A stretch of DNA of 64,000 nucleotides from Alphaproteobacteria bacterium (lineage in GTDB: Bacteria; Pseudomonadota; Alphaproteobacteria; Bin95). The translations under genes and the position numbers were made by a program. The notes beneath the pieces were generated by a model. It was given only the letters and a program-made list of their open reading frames with translations. It was not told the origin of the DNA and ran no database searches. The stretch is taken from contig OZ219786.1 in NCBI GenBank assembly GCA_964291285.2, positions 544,001-608,000 of the forward strand. The letters run 5' to 3'. Every line of letters starts with the position of its first letter. Position 1 is the stretch's first letter. Positions 30,082 to 41,400 of the stretch are shown piece after piece.

Positions 30082-31257
30082 TTACATGCCGCCGTCCCGG
30101 CCCTGCGCCGGCGGCCCGGCCTCGCGGACGATCCGCCGCACCGTCTCCGCCGCGCGGAGACTGGGCTGCCCGCCGCCGCCGAGCTTGCCGGCCAGCTCCC
30201 GGAAGGCGGACAGTTGCGCCGCGCGCGCCTCGCCGTCGATGAGCAGAGGCCGGAGCGCCTGCGCCAGCGGCCCCGGGCGGCAGTCCCCCTGGATCAGTTC
30301 CGGCACGACCTGGCGGTCGAGCAGAATGTTGACGGGACAGAACCGGCGCTTGCGGATCAGGGCCCGGCCGACCAGCGCCGTTGCCGTGTTGAGCCGGTAG
30401 GCGGCGACCTGCGGCACGCCGGCGAGCGCGAGTTCGAGCGCGACCGTGCCCGACGCCGCGAGCGCCGCCCGGCTGGCCGCGAAGGCGCCCTGTTTCTCCT
30501 CCTCGCCGAGGGTGACGGCGGCCGGCCATGGCCAGCCCGCCACCATGTCCCGCACCCGGTCGGCCACCGTTCCGACAGTCGGAACCGCCAGATGCAGGCC
30601 GGGAATTTCGCCCGCCAGCCGGTCCAATGTCTTCCGGAACACCGGCAGCAGCCGGCGGACCTCGAACGCCCGGCTCCCCGGCAACACGACCAGGACCGTG
30701 CTTTCCGGCCGGATGCCGTGCCGGGCGCGGAAGGCATCCGCGTCGCCCGCTTCCGCCTCGACCAGCGAATGGCCGACGAATGTCGCCGCGAGGCCCCCGC
30801 GCTCGAACAGCGGCGGCTCGAAGGGCCAGAGCGTCATCAGATGGTCGAAGAGCCCGGCCATGCGGCGCGCGCGGCCGGGCGCCCAGATCCAGACCATCGG
30901 CGCGACGTAATGGATGCGCGCCGCCGGAGAGCCTGCCGCGATCAGGCGCCTCGCAAGGCCCTTGTTGAACCCGCCCGAATCGATGGTGATGACGGCGTCC
31001 GGCCGGAAACGCAGGATGTCGGCGGCGGTCTCGTCCATTCGCCGCAGCAGCCTCCGGGCGCGGGGCAGCACCTCGAAGAGGCCCATCACGGCGGTCTCCG
31101 CCTGCGGGAACAGGCTGGCGACGCCTTCCCCCGCCATGAGTTCGCCGCCGACGCCCGCCGCCTCCACCGGCCCGCCTTCCCGCAAGGCCCGCAGCAGCCG
31201 GGCGCCAAGCGCATCGCCCGACGGCTCGCCCGCGACGATATAGACGCGCAGGGTCAC
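30082..31257 (-). CDS. lpxB: Lipid-A-disaccharide synthase
   Basis: AGEPSGD, HYVAPMVW, PFE, FVGH, LPGSR..EV, ASGT..LE, PELIQ. Confidence 0.95.
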   Translation of the reverse strand: MTLRVYIVAGEPSGDALGARLLRALREGGPVEAAGVGGELMAGEGVASLFPQAETAVMGLFEVLPRARRLLRRMDETAADILRFRPDAVITIDSGGFNKGLARRLIAAGSPAARIHYVAPMVWIWAPGRARRMAGLFDHLMTLWPFEPPLFERGGLAATFVGHSLVEAEAGDADAFRARHGIRPESTVLVVLPGSRAFEVRRLLPVFRKTLDRLAGEIPGLHLAVPTVGTVADRVRDMVAGWPWPAAVTLGEEEKQGAFAASRAALAASGTVALELALAGVPQVAAYRLNTATALVGRALIRKRRFCPVNILLDRQVVPELIQGDCRPGPLAQALRPLLIDGEARAAQLSAFRELAGKLGGGGQPSLRAAETVRRIVREAGPPAQGRDGGM

Positions 31258-31322
31258 GATGCCCGGCCTCCCGCCGGGGCTTGCAGACCGTTGATCGGAA
31301 ACCGTGCCGACAGCCGCCGGAA

Positions 31323-31430
31323 ACCCCCTCCCGCGCTTGCGGAGGAAACCGGCCGGCTTGCCTGCGGCGCGCCGCGTTCGCCGTCCCCTTCGGCAAGCTC
31401 AGGGCAGGCTCTTTCGTCACCCCGGCCCCC
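31323..31430. repeat. Degenerate REP-like units
   Basis: CCCCCTCCCGCGCTTGCGGAGGA, CCCTTCGGCAAGCTCAGGGC and CGTCACCCCGGCC; the first and last resemble units at 26745-26935. Confidence 0.5.
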
Positions 31431-31635
31431 GCCGTCCGCAGCCGGCGCCGAACGGGAGGGAGGCATACGGGAACGTCCCCTCGCAAGAGCGCTGCATTGC
31501 GCATCCCGATATCGCGGGGGCGGCAAAAGCGGCGCGGCAGAAGCTGAAATGGCGCTCTGCAAGACCTTTTCCCCCGGCAGGCTGGACGAAGCGGCGGGGC
31601 CGTGCCCTAATGCGGCATCGGCAGCGGGGAGGAAC

Positions 31636-32634
31636 ATGTCGGGTCTGGCGCGCATGGTGGGGCAGCGGCTGGCGCTCGGCGTCTTCACGCTTCTGGTCGT
31701 GAGCATAATCATTTTTGCGGCCATCGAAGCGCTGCCCGGCGACTTCGCCCAGGCGATCCTGGGCCAGGGCGCGACTCCCGAAGCGGTCGCCGCGATCCGC
31801 GAGAGCCTCGGCATGGACCGCTCAGCGGTCGAACGCTACCTGGCATGGCTCGGCGGCGTGTTCAGCGGCGATTTCGGCGTCAGTTTCAGCCAGTTGAGCT
31901 TCCAGTCCCAATACGGCCGGACCGGCGAGCGCGATATCGTGACCGTCGCCGACCAGCTGGCGCCCCGCTTTGCGAACACCATCTTCCTGGCGGCCACGGC
32001 GGCGGCCGTGGCGGTGCCGCTTTCGCTTGCGCTCGGCATTCTGGCGGCGCTCTACCGGGGATCGATCTTCGACCGGGCGGCGAATGTCGGCACGCTCACC
32101 TCCATCTCCAGCCCGGAATTCTTCGTCGCCTATATCCTGATCCTCTTCCTGGCGGCGGCGAACCCGATCTTCCCCTCGATCTCGAAGATCCATGCCGATC
32201 TGGATTTCTGGGAACGGCTCTACCGCACCGTGCTGCCGGCGCTCACGCTCACCCTCGTCGTCACCGCCCACATGATGCGCATGACGCGCGTCGCGATCAT
32301 CAACCTCATGGCCTCGCAATATATCGAGATGGCGCGCCTCAAGGGAGTCCCGCGCTGGCGGGTGATCGTGCGCCATGCGCTGCCCAATGCGCTGGCCCCG
32401 ATCATCAATGTCATCGCGCTCAACCTCGCCTACCTGGTTACCGGCGTGGTGGTGGTCGAGGTGGTGTTCGTCTATCCGGGCATCGGGCAGATGTTCGTCG
32501 ATGCCGTGAAGCTGCGCGACATGCCGACCGTGCAGGCCTGCTGCCTGGTCTTCGCCGCCGCCTATATCCTGCTCAACCTGCTGGCGGACGTGCTGTCGGT
32601 GCTGACCAATCCGCGCCTCCGGCACCCGAAATAG
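31636..32634 (+). CDS. Peptide/nickel-type ABC permease (DppB-like)
   Basis: LPGD..., YIEMARLKG, RHALPNA, YPGIG; RBS GGAGG. Confidence 0.92.
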   Translation: MSGLARMVGQRLALGVFTLLVVSIIIFAAIEALPGDFAQAILGQGATPEAVAAIRESLGMDRSAVERYLAWLGGVFSGDFGVSFSQLSFQSQYGRTGERDIVTVADQLAPRFANTIFLAATAAAVAVPLSLALGILAALYRGSIFDRAANVGTLTSISSPEFFVAYILILFLAAANPIFPSISKIHADLDFWERLYRTVLPALTLTLVVTAHMMRMTRVAIINLMASQYIEMARLKGVPRWRVIVRHALPNALAPIINVIALNLAYLVTGVVVVEVVFVYPGIGQMFVDAVKLRDMPTVQACCLVFAAAYILLNLLADVLSVLTNPRLRHPK

Positions 32635-32643
32635 GCGGGCGCG

Positions 32644-33582
32644 ATGGGGTTCCTCACCTATGTCGTCCTGCCGCTGGCGGTCCTGACCGGGCTCGCCTGG
32701 ACGGCCCGCGCCGGCTTCCGCGGCATTGCCGGGCCCTTCGGCGCCGTCTTCCGCGCCATGCCGCTGACCGCGGCTTTCGGGCTCACCGTGGTCCTGCTCT
32801 ACGTCCTGGCGGCGCTGGCGGCGCCGGTGATTGCGCCCTATGGCGAGTCCCAGGTCTTCGACGAGTTCAACCTCTTCCCCGGCGAGAACCCGGATTTCGT
32901 GCTCGGCACCGACCAGCTGGGCCGCGACCTGCTCACGCGCCTGCTATACGGCGGGCGCAACACCATCGGCATCGCCTTCGTGACCACGGCGCTCGCCTTC
33001 CTCATCGGCGCGACCTTCGGCTTCATCGCGGCCGTGCTCGGCGGCTGGCTGGACCAGGTGGTGTCGCGCACGGTGGATGTGCTGATGGCGATTCCGCAGC
33101 TCATCTTCGCGCTGCTGCTGCTCACCATTTTCGGGCAGTCCACGATCAACATGATCCTGGTGATCGCCGTGCTGGACTCGACGCGCGTGTTCCGCCTCGC
33201 GCGCGCGGTCGGCGGCAATATCGTGGTGATGGACTATATCGAGGCGGCGAAGCTGCGCGGCGAAGGGATCGGCTACCTGATCTTCAGGGAAATCCTGCCG
33301 AATGCCGCAGCCCCCCTGCTGGCGGAGTTCGGGCTGCGCTTCTGCTTCGTGTTCCTGCTGATTGCGGCACTGAGTTTCCTCGGCATCGGCATCCAGCCGC
33401 CGCTGGCCGACTGGGGCACGATGGTGCGCGAGCTTTCCATCTATATCGGCTATGCGGAATACGGCGACTGGCAGGCGGCGTCCCTGCCGCTGCTGCCGGC
33501 GGCGGCCATCGCGCTGCTCACGGTCGCGATCAATTTCACCGTGGACTGGATGCTCGACCGCTATTCGGGCCTGAAGGACTGA
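32644..33582 (+). CDS. Peptide/nickel-type ABC permease (DppC-like)
   Basis: LGTDQLGRD, YIEAAKLRG, LSFLGIGIQPP..DWG. Confidence 0.92.
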   Translation: MGFLTYVVLPLAVLTGLAWTARAGFRGIAGPFGAVFRAMPLTAAFGLTVVLLYVLAALAAPVIAPYGESQVFDEFNLFPGENPDFVLGTDQLGRDLLTRLLYGGRNTIGIAFVTTALAFLIGATFGFIAAVLGGWLDQVVSRTVDVLMAIPQLIFALLLLTIFGQSTINMILVIAVLDSTRVFRLARAVGGNIVVMDYIEAAKLRGEGIGYLIFREILPNAAAPLLAEFGLRFCFVFLLIAALSFLGIGIQPPLADWGTMVRELSIYIGYAEYGDWQAASLPLLPAAAIALLTVAINFTVDWMLDRYSGLKD

Positions 33583-33601
33583 GACCGAGGAGACTGGGAC
33601 G

Positions 33602-35260
33602 ATGAGCAGCGGCCGCCCCCTGGTAACGATCCGGGACCTCAAGATCGAAGGCCTGGCGGGCGAGGACTGGCTGCCGATCGTGAACGGCATCGACCTCGAT
33701 CTCGCCCGTGGCGAGGTGCTCGGCCTCATCGGAGAATCGGGCGCCGGAAAATCCACGGTCGGTCTCGCTGCCATGGGCTTCACGCGCGACGGCTGCCGCA
33801 TCGCCGGCGGCTCGATCGAGTTCGACAACATCGACCTGGTCGCGGCATCCGAAGAGACCAGGCGCAGCCTGCTCGGCCGGCGCATCGCCTATGTCGCGCA
33901 GTCGGCGGCGGCGAGTTTCAACCCCGCGCACCGGCTCATCGACCAGCACACCGAAGGGCCGGTGCTGCACGGCGTCTCCTCGCAGCAGGAGAGCCAGGAA
34001 GACGCGATGGCGCTCTACGCCCGGCTCCGGCTGCCGGAGCCGGAAAGCATCGGCTTCCGCTATCCGCACCAGGTCTCCGGCGGGCAGCTGCAGCGCGCCA
34101 TGACCGCAATGGCGATGTCATGCCGCCCGGACCTCATCATCTTCGACGAGCCGACCACGGCGCTCGATGTCACCACGCAGATCGAGGTGCTGGCCGCCAT
34201 CCGCGACATCGTGGAGCAATTCGGCACGGCGGCCATTTACATCACCCACGACCTCGCCGTGGTGGCGCAGATGGCGGACCGGATCAAAGTGCTGCTGAAG
34301 GGCGACGAGGTGGAGGAGAGCGACACGCGCTCCATGCTGTCCGACCCGCAGGAGGACTACACGAAATCGCTCTGGGCGGTCAGGAGCTTTCGGCGGCCGG
34401 AGCAGCCGCCGGCAGGCGGGGGCGCGCAGCCCGTGATCGCCGTGTCCGGCGTGACGGCCGGCTACGGCGCGGCCGCCGATGTGCTGCACGAGGTGTCCTT
34501 CGACATTCACGCGGGACGCACCGTGGCTGTGGTGGGCGAGTCCGGCTCCGGCAAATCGACCGTCGCGCGCTGCATCACCGGCCTGCTGCCGCCGCGCAGC
34601 GGGGAGGTGCGGTTCAACGGCGAGGCCCTGCCCGCCGGCTACCGGGACCGCAGCAAGGACCAGCTCCGCCAAGTCCAGATGATCTACCAGATGGCCGACA
34701 CGGCATTGAACCCGAAGCTTCGCATACGGGACATCATCGGGCGCCCTGTGCAGTTCTACCGGGGGCTCCGGGGCGCCGGATTGCGCCGGCGGGTGGAGGA
34801 GCTGCTGGAGCAGATCGAGATGGAGCCGGACCGCTATATCGACCGCCTGCCATCGGAGCTTTCGGGCGGGCAGAAGCAGCGCGTCGGCATAGCCCGCGCG
34901 CTTGCGGCGGATGCGCAGTTCATCATCTGCGACGAGGTGACCTCCGCACTGGACCAGCTTGTCGCCGAGGGCATCCTGAAACTGCTCGACCGGCTCCAGA
35001 ACGAGCTCGACCTCGCCTACATGTTCATCACCCACGATCTGGCGACGGTGCGCGCCATCGCCGATGAAGTGGTGGTGATGAAGGACGGCCATGTGGTGGA
35101 AGCGGGGCCGAAGACGGAAATGTTCACCCCGCCGCACCACGACTACACCGACCTGCTGCTGAGCTCCGTGCCGGAAATGGACCCGGACTGGCTCGACCGG
35201 CTGCTGGAACAGCGCGGCGTGGACAATATCGGAGAGGCGGCGCGCGTCAGGATCGACTAG
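33602..35260 (+). CDS. Fused double ABC ATPase (DppD/F-like)
   Basis: GESGAGKS, YPHQVSGGQ, GESGSGKS, LSGGQKQR. Confidence 0.93.
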   Translation: MSSGRPLVTIRDLKIEGLAGEDWLPIVNGIDLDLARGEVLGLIGESGAGKSTVGLAAMGFTRDGCRIAGGSIEFDNIDLVAASEETRRSLLGRRIAYVAQSAAASFNPAHRLIDQHTEGPVLHGVSSQQESQEDAMALYARLRLPEPESIGFRYPHQVSGGQLQRAMTAMAMSCRPDLIIFDEPTTALDVTTQIEVLAAIRDIVEQFGTAAIYITHDLAVVAQMADRIKVLLKGDEVEESDTRSMLSDPQEDYTKSLWAVRSFRRPEQPPAGGGAQPVIAVSGVTAGYGAAADVLHEVSFDIHAGRTVAVVGESGSGKSTVARCITGLLPPRSGEVRFNGEALPAGYRDRSKDQLRQVQMIYQMADTALNPKLRIRDIIGRPVQFYRGLRGAGLRRRVEELLEQIEMEPDRYIDRLPSELSGGQKQRVGIARALAADAQFIICDEVTSALDQLVAEGILKLLDRLQNELDLAYMFITHDLATVRAIADEVVVMKDGHVVEAGPKTEMFTPPHHDYTDLLLSSVPEMDPDWLDRLLEQRGVDNIGEAARVRID

Positions 35261-35314
35261 AATGCCCGGCAACGGGTTTGCACGACCGACGGAAATATCT
35301 GAGGGAGGATTCCC

Positions 35315-36859
35315 ATGAATCTCAAACTTGACAGACGAACGCTGTTGAAGGCGAGCGCCGCCACGGCGCTGGCGGCAGGCGTGGGACCCGGGGCAGCGTC
35401 GGCCGCCGGTCCGAAAGCGGGCGGCACCCTGCGGCTCGGCCTGTCGGGCGGCAATACCACCGACAGCTGGGACGGGCGCACCCATTCCGACGTGTTCATG
35501 CAGGTTGCGGCCCAGGGCGCCGTATTCGACTGCATTACCGAGGTTGCCGCCGACGGCTCGCTGGTCGGCGAACTGGCCGAGAGCTGGGAATCCTCGGCCG
35601 ACCTCGTGACGTGGACCTTCAACCTGCGCAAGGGGGTTGAGTTCCACAACGGCAAGAGCTTCGGCGCCGACGATGTGATCGAATCGCTGCAACTGCATGT
35701 GGCGGAAGGCGCGAAGTCGCCGGCCAAGCCGCTGGTCGAGCCCATCGTCGAGATGAAGAAGATGAACGACCACCAGATGCAGTTCGTCCTCGACGCCGGC
35801 AATGCTGACTTCCCCTACCTGCTCGCCGACTACCACATCCTGATCCACCCGGCCGGCATGGTGGACGAGAGCATCCGCGACGGCATCGGCACGGGCGCCT
35901 ACCGCAATCTCGGCTTCGATCCGGGCGTGCGCCTGCAGCTTGAGCGCAACCCGAACGCCCACAAGAAGACCTGGTTCGACGAGGTCGAGGCGATCTCGAT
36001 CACCGACCCGGCGGCGCGCGTCAGTGCGCTGATGACCGGCGAGGTGGACGCGATCAGCCGCATCGACGCCAAGTCGGTGCGCCTGCTGGACCGCAATCCC
36101 GGCGTGGAAGTGTCGGAGGTAACCGGAAACCAGCACTACACCTTCCCGATGATTACGACGGCGGCGCCCTTCGACAACAACGATGTGCGCCTCGCGCTCA
36201 AATACCTCTTCGACCGCGAGGACCTGGTCCGCAAGATCCTGCTGGGGCACGGCAAGGTCGGCAACGACCATCCGATCGGGCCCGCCAACCGCTTCTACCA
36301 TGCGGATCTGGAACAGCGGGTTTACGACCCCGACAAGGCCAAATTCCATCTGAAGAAGGCCGGGGTGGACAGCCTGCAGCTCGACCTCTCCGCCTCCGAC
36401 GCCGCCTTCGCCGGTGCGGTGGACGCCTCGCAGCTCTTCCAAGAATCGGCGCGGGCCGGCGGAGTTTCGATCAATGTCATCAAGGAACCGGCGGACGGCT
36501 ACTGGTCCAATGTGTGGATGAAGAAGCCGTTCTGCGCCTGCTTCTGGTCCGGTCGCGCGACCGAGGACATCATGTTCTCGACCGCCTATGCCGCCGGCAA
36601 GCCATGGAATGACAGCTACTGGGAGCATGAGCGCTTCAACAAGCTGCTCGCCGAGGCGCGGACCGAAGTCGACGAGGCCAGGCGCCGGGAGCTCTATTAC
36701 GAGATGCAGGTCATCGTCCGCGACGAGGGCGGCACGGCCGTGCCGATGTATGCCAACTGGATCGACGCCAAGTCCAAGAAGCTGGCCCACGGCGAGCATC
36801 TGGGCAACGTCTGGGCGCTCGATTCGGCACGCATCATCGAGCGCTGGTGGTTCTCCTGA
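35315..36859 (+). CDS. Family-5 ABC solute-binding protein with Tat signal
   Basis: DRRTLLK, LAESWE, LRKGVEFHNG, GTGAY, DVRLALK. Confidence 0.93.
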   Translation: MNLKLDRRTLLKASAATALAAGVGPGAASAAGPKAGGTLRLGLSGGNTTDSWDGRTHSDVFMQVAAQGAVFDCITEVAADGSLVGELAESWESSADLVTWTFNLRKGVEFHNGKSFGADDVIESLQLHVAEGAKSPAKPLVEPIVEMKKMNDHQMQFVLDAGNADFPYLLADYHILIHPAGMVDESIRDGIGTGAYRNLGFDPGVRLQLERNPNAHKKTWFDEVEAISITDPAARVSALMTGEVDAISRIDAKSVRLLDRNPGVEVSEVTGNQHYTFPMITTAAPFDNNDVRLALKYLFDREDLVRKILLGHGKVGNDHPIGPANRFYHADLEQRVYDPDKAKFHLKKAGVDSLQLDLSASDAAFAGAVDASQLFQESARAGGVSINVIKEPADGYWSNVWMKKPFCACFWSGRATEDIMFSTAYAAGKPWNDSYWEHERFNKLLAEARTEVDEARRRELYYEMQVIVRDEGGTAVPMYANWIDAKSKKLAHGEHLGNVWALDSARIIERWWFS

Positions 36860-36888
36860 CCGTGAGGCTGCACGGCAGCCGGTAACGG

Positions 36889-36918
36889 GGGCCGCCGCGC
36901 ACTGCGCGGCGGCCCTTT
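36889..36918 (+). terminator. Intrinsic terminator-like hairpin between convergent genes
   Basis: GGGCCGCCGCGC-ACT-GCGCGGCGGCCC followed by TTT. Confidence 0.7.
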
Positions 36919-36929
36919 CCTTCGGTCCG

Positions 36930-37397
36930 TTACTCCAGCGGGGCGTCGACGCAGTCGAGCGCCCAGATGTCGTAGACCGGGTGCTCCAGCGCCGACATGG
37001 CGGGGCTCGACGCGAACATCCAGCCCTGGAAGAGGCGGACCGGCGGGGCGTCCCGGCGGCGTTCGACGATGGTGAGGAAAACCGCGCTTTCCGGCGGTTC
37101 CTCGGGCGGGCGCTTCCGGCAGGCCCAGACGCTGACCTCCAGCGTGCCGAAGCGTTCCGTGCGCTCCAGCGGAATCGTCAGGGTGGAAATCCGCGCGGTG
37201 ACCTTGTCGAGCCCCTGGAGCACCGCCATCCCCATCTCGCGATAGGTGAAGGTCCCCCCGTCTGTCGCCGCTGCTGCCCCGGCGGCGAACAGCAACGGAA
37301 GCGCCAGGGCCCCGCTCAGGCAGGAGCGCCACGAACCGGAAATCCTGCGGCCGGAAACGGCCGGCCTCGCGCGCCGGGCCTCAGCCCTTCTCGTCAT
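36930..37397 (-). CDS. DUF2155 family protein
   Basis: LQGLDKVTAR, FGTL, C...PPEE, FQGWMFASSP..SALEHPVYDIW..DC. Start uncertain. Confidence 0.88.
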   Translation of the reverse strand: MTRRAEARRARPAVSGRRISGSWRSCLSGALALPLLFAAGAAAATDGGTFTYREMGMAVLQGLDKVTARISTLTIPLERTERFGTLEVSVWACRKRPPEEPPESAVFLTIVERRRDAPPVRLFQGWMFASSPAMSALEHPVYDIWALDCVDAPLE

Positions 37398-37836
37398 CGG
37401 CGCCGCCGAAGATGAAGCGGCCGATCAGGTCCTCGATGCTGACCGAGGACTGCGCGAAGCGGAAGCTGCCGCCGGGCGGGATGGTGTCGTCCTCGGCGCC
37501 CGGCGTCACCTGTGCATACTTGCCGCCGAGCAGGCTTTCGCTCGCGATCTTGACGGAGCTGTCGGTCGGCAGCCTGACGGACGGGTCGATGGAAAAGGTG
37601 ACCAGCGCGGCGAAGGTCTCAAGGTCGAGATGCTGGCCCGAAACGGTGCCGATCCTGATGCCGCTCATCCGCACATCGTCGCCGACGGCGAGCCCGCCGA
37701 TATTGTCGAACTCGGCCGTGACCTCATAGCCGCCGCCGCGGCCGAGATCGGCGGTCGAATAGGCGAAGAACACGAAGGCCGCCGCGGCCAGCAGCACCGC
37801 CGCTCCGGTTATCGTCTCCAGCAGGCTGCGCCGCAT
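37381..37836 (-). CDS. mlaD: MCE-domain lipid asymmetry protein MlaD
   Basis: ETITGAAV TM, FDNIGGL..G.DV.MSGI.IG.V, SLLGGKY. Confidence 0.88.
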   Translation of the reverse strand: MRRSLLETITGAAVLLAAAAFVFFAYSTADLGRGGGYEVTAEFDNIGGLAVGDDVRMSGIRIGTVSGQHLDLETFAALVTFSIDPSVRLPTDSSVKIASESLLGGKYAQVTPGAEDDTIPPGGSFRFAQSSVSIEDLIGRFIFGGADDEKG

Positions 37837-37838
37837 CG

Positions 37839-38192
37839 CTAGGGCGTCCAGGCCTCGTAGTCGCCCGTCGCCGACGCCCGGCGCCCGCCGGCGAAATCGT
37901 GTCCGGGGGGGCGGTAGGCCTCCGGCGTGCCCGTCAGGTTCGGCTCGTGCGGCCGCTGCCAGGGATAGCGCGGCCGGTCCGCGGCCGGCGGCTCGTCGGC
38001 CATGCGGTGCAGCCAGGCGTGCCATTCCGGCGGCACGCGCGAGGCCTCGACCCGCCCGTCATAGACGACCCAGCGCCGCTCGCGCCCGTGCAGGCGGCCC
38101 CGGCGGCTGCGGTAATAGCGGTTGCCCTGCTCGTCCTCGCCGACGAACTCGCCCTGCATCCAGGTGTAAAGCCGCGTTCCGATGGAAGTCAC
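37839..38192 (-). CDS. NADH:ubiquinone oxidoreductase accessory subunit NDUFA12-like
   Basis: [40 protein letters not shown]. Confidence 0.92.
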   Translation of the reverse strand: MTSIGTRLYTWMQGEFVGEDEQGNRYYRSRRGRLHGRERRWVVYDGRVEASRVPPEWHAWLHRMADEPPAADRPRYPWQRPHEPNLTGTPEAYRPPGHDFAGGRRASATGDYEAWTP

Positions 38193-38327
38193 AAGCCGGG
38201 TCCCTCCAGAACTCGGACCCTTATCGCACTACCCGGTTGGCCGGGTCAATGTCCGGAGAAAACAGGCCGTTTCGATTGGTGCACCACGAACTAACGATAC
38301 CGCCAATAGTGTTTTTCTCAAGTTTGG

Positions 38328-38343
38328 CTACAAAATCTTGCGG
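38328..38343 (+). promoter_or_regulatory. Putative NrdR box
   Basis: CTACAAAATCTTGCGG resembles acaCwAtATaTwGtg, ~60 bp upstream of nrdJ; a weaker half-site lies ~31 bp further upstream. Confidence 0.55.
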
Positions 38344-38400
38344 TTTTCGGTTAGGCTGGTCGTCTGTTTGCGGCTTAACCGATTCGAGGGGAGCGTCGCG

Positions 38401-41400
38401 TTGCGTTTCCAGCGTCACCACACCGGCGGATGCGCCTCAGCCTATGACGGCGTTGCGTTCGTTCGCAGAAACAGCGAAATCCGTAACCCCGACGGCACTC
38501 CCGTTTTCATTGCCGACGACATCATGGCGCCGCAGGAATGGTCGCAGGTGGCCGTCGATGTGCTCGCCCAGAAATATTTCAGGAAGGCCGGCGTCCCGGA
38601 CCGGACCGAACCGGTTGCCGAGGAAGGCGTGCCGGAGTGGCTCCGACGCCGCCGACCGACCGAAGGCGCGACGCTCGGCGGGGAGCGCGACGCGCGCCAG
38701 GTCTTCCACCGGCTCGCCGGCGCCTGGACCTACTGGGGCTGGAAGGGCGGCTATTTCTCCGCCGAGGAGGACGCGCGCGCCTATTACGACGAAATGCGCG
38801 CCATGCTGGCCCGGCAGATGGCGGCGCCGAACTCGCCGCAATGGTTCAACACCGGCCTCAACTGGGCCTACGGCATAGACGGGCCGGCGCAGGGCCACTA
38901 TTTCGTCGATCCCGCCACGGGCGAATGCCGCGCGTCGGAGTCGGCCTATGAGCGCCCGCAGCCCCATGCCTGCTTCATCCAGTCCGTGACCGACGACCTC
39001 GTCAACGAAGGCGGCATCATGGACCTCTGGCAGCGCGAGGCGCGGCTGTTCAAATACGGCTCCGGCACCGGCACCAACTTCTCCAGGCTGCGCGGCGAAG
39101 GCGAGCCGCTCTCCGGCGGCGGGCGGTCCTCCGGGCTGATGAGCTTCCTGAAGATCGGCGACCGGGCGGCGGGCGCCATCAAGTCCGGCGGCACCACGAG
39201 GCGGGCCGCCAAGATGGTCACGCTCGACATCGACCACCCGGACATCGAGGACTATATCGACTGGAAGGTAGTGGAGGAGCAGAAGGTCGCAGCCCTGGTG
39301 GCCGGCTCGAAGGCCTGCGAGAAGCATCTGGGCCGCGTCATCACCGCCTGCATGCCGGACGGCGAGATCGGCGAGGCGGACGAGGCGGACCGCTTCGACC
39401 CGAAGCGCAACAGGGCGCTGCGCAAGGCGGTGGCGGGCGCGCGCGAGGCCGCGATCCCGGAAAGCTATATCCAGCGCGTGATCCAGTTCGCCCGCCAGGG
39501 GTTCACGGCCATCGACTTCCGCATCTACGACACCGACTGGGACAGCGAGGCCTACCGGACCGTCGCCGGCCAGAATTCCAACAACTCCGTGCGCCTGACC
39601 GACGAGTTCCTCCGGACCGTCGAGACCGGCGGCGACTGGGCGCTCACGCGGCGCACGGACGGCGCGGTTGCGAAGACCGTTTCCGCGCGGGCCCTCATGG
39701 ACAAGGTGGCCCATGCCGCCTGGGCCTCGGCGGACCCCGGCGTCCAGTTCGACACGACCGTCAACGACTGGCACACCTGCCCGGCGGAAGGACGGATCGA
39801 AGCCTCGAACCCGTGCTCGGAATACATGTTCCTGGACGACACGGCCTGCAACCTGGCATCGATCAACCTGATGGCGTTCCGGCAGGAAGACGGCGAATTC
39901 GACATCGAGGGCTTCCGGCACACCGTTCGGCTGTGGACGGTCGCGCTCGAAATCTCGGAATCGATGGCGCAGTTCCCTTCGCGGCGCATCGCCGACCGCT
40001 CCTACCGCTACCGCCCGCTGGGCTTGGGCTTCGCCAATGTCGGCGGGCTGCTGATGGCATCCGGCATCGCATATGACAGCGGCGAGGGCCGCGCGGCGGC
40101 CGGGGCCATTACCGCGCTGATGACCGGCACGGCCTACGCCACATCGGCGGAAATCGCGAGCGAGCTCGGGCCCTTCGACGGCTACGCCGCGAATGCCGGA
40201 TCCATGCTGCGGGTCATCCGCAACCACCGCCGCGCGGCGCATGGCTGCACGGAGGGCTATGAGGGGCTGAACACGAAGCCGCAGCCGCTAGATGCCAAGG
40301 CGTGCCCCTTCGACGGCCTCGCCGGGGCCGCCGGCGCCGCCTGGGACGACGCGCTCGCCTCCGGCGAAAGGCACGGCTACCGCAATGCCCAGGCCACGGT
40401 CATCGCGCCCACCGGCACGATCGGCCTGGTGATGGACTGCGACACCACCGGCATCGAGCCGGATTTCGCGCTGGTGAAGTTCAAGAAGCTCGCGGGCGGC
40501 GGCTATTTCAAGATCATCAACAGCCTGGTGCCGGCGGCGCTCGCCGCGCTCGGCTACGACTCCGCGCGGATCGAGGCCATTGAACGCCATGCGGTCGGCC
40601 GGGGCACGCTGAAGGACTCGCCCGCCATCGGCCATGACGAGCTGGCCGCGAAGGGCTTCACGCCGGAGATGATCGATGCGCTGGAGGCCGCGCTGCCGGG
40701 CGCCTTCGACATCCGCTTCGTCTTCAACCGCTGGACGCTCGGCGAGGAGGCCTGCCGCGAGGCGCTGGGCCTGACGGACGAGCAGCTGGAGAGCGGCGAC
40801 CTGCTGGACGCGCTTGGCTTCTCGAAAGAGGAGATCGAGGCCGCCAACCTCCATTGCGGCGGCGCGATGACCGTCGAGGGCGCACCGGACCTCCGCGAAG
40901 AGCATCTGGCGGTGTTCGACTGCGCCAATCCCTGCGGCCGGAACGGCGTCCGCCACCTCTCGACCGAGAGCCACATCCGGATGCTGGGCGCGGTGCAGCC
41001 TTTCATCTCAGGCGCGATCTCCAAGACCGTGAACATGGCGAACGGCGCGACCGTGCAGGACTGCATCGAGGCCTACCGGCTCTCCTGGAGCCTCGGCCTC
41101 AAGGCAAACGCGCTCTACCGCGACGGATCCAAACTCTCGCAGCCGCTGGCGGCGACGGCGCTCGGCGGAGACCTTGCCGAGGAGGTCGCGGAGGAGCCGG
41201 CCGCGGCCCGCGCAGCCGTGCTGGCGGAGCGCATCGTCGAGCGCCGCCTGATCGAGCGCAAGCGCCTGCCGGACCGCCGCAAGGGCTACACGCAGAAGGC
41301 CACGGTCGGGAACCACAAGGTCTATCTGCGCACCGGCGAATATGACGACGGCAAGCTCGGCGAGATCTTCATCGACATGCACAAGGAGGGCGCGGCCTTC

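Noticed and set aside
38200-38400. Cobalamin riboswitch or intein associated with nrdJ
   Set aside because: No B12-box-like sequence recognised; protein length and motifs fit an uninterrupted NrdJ.
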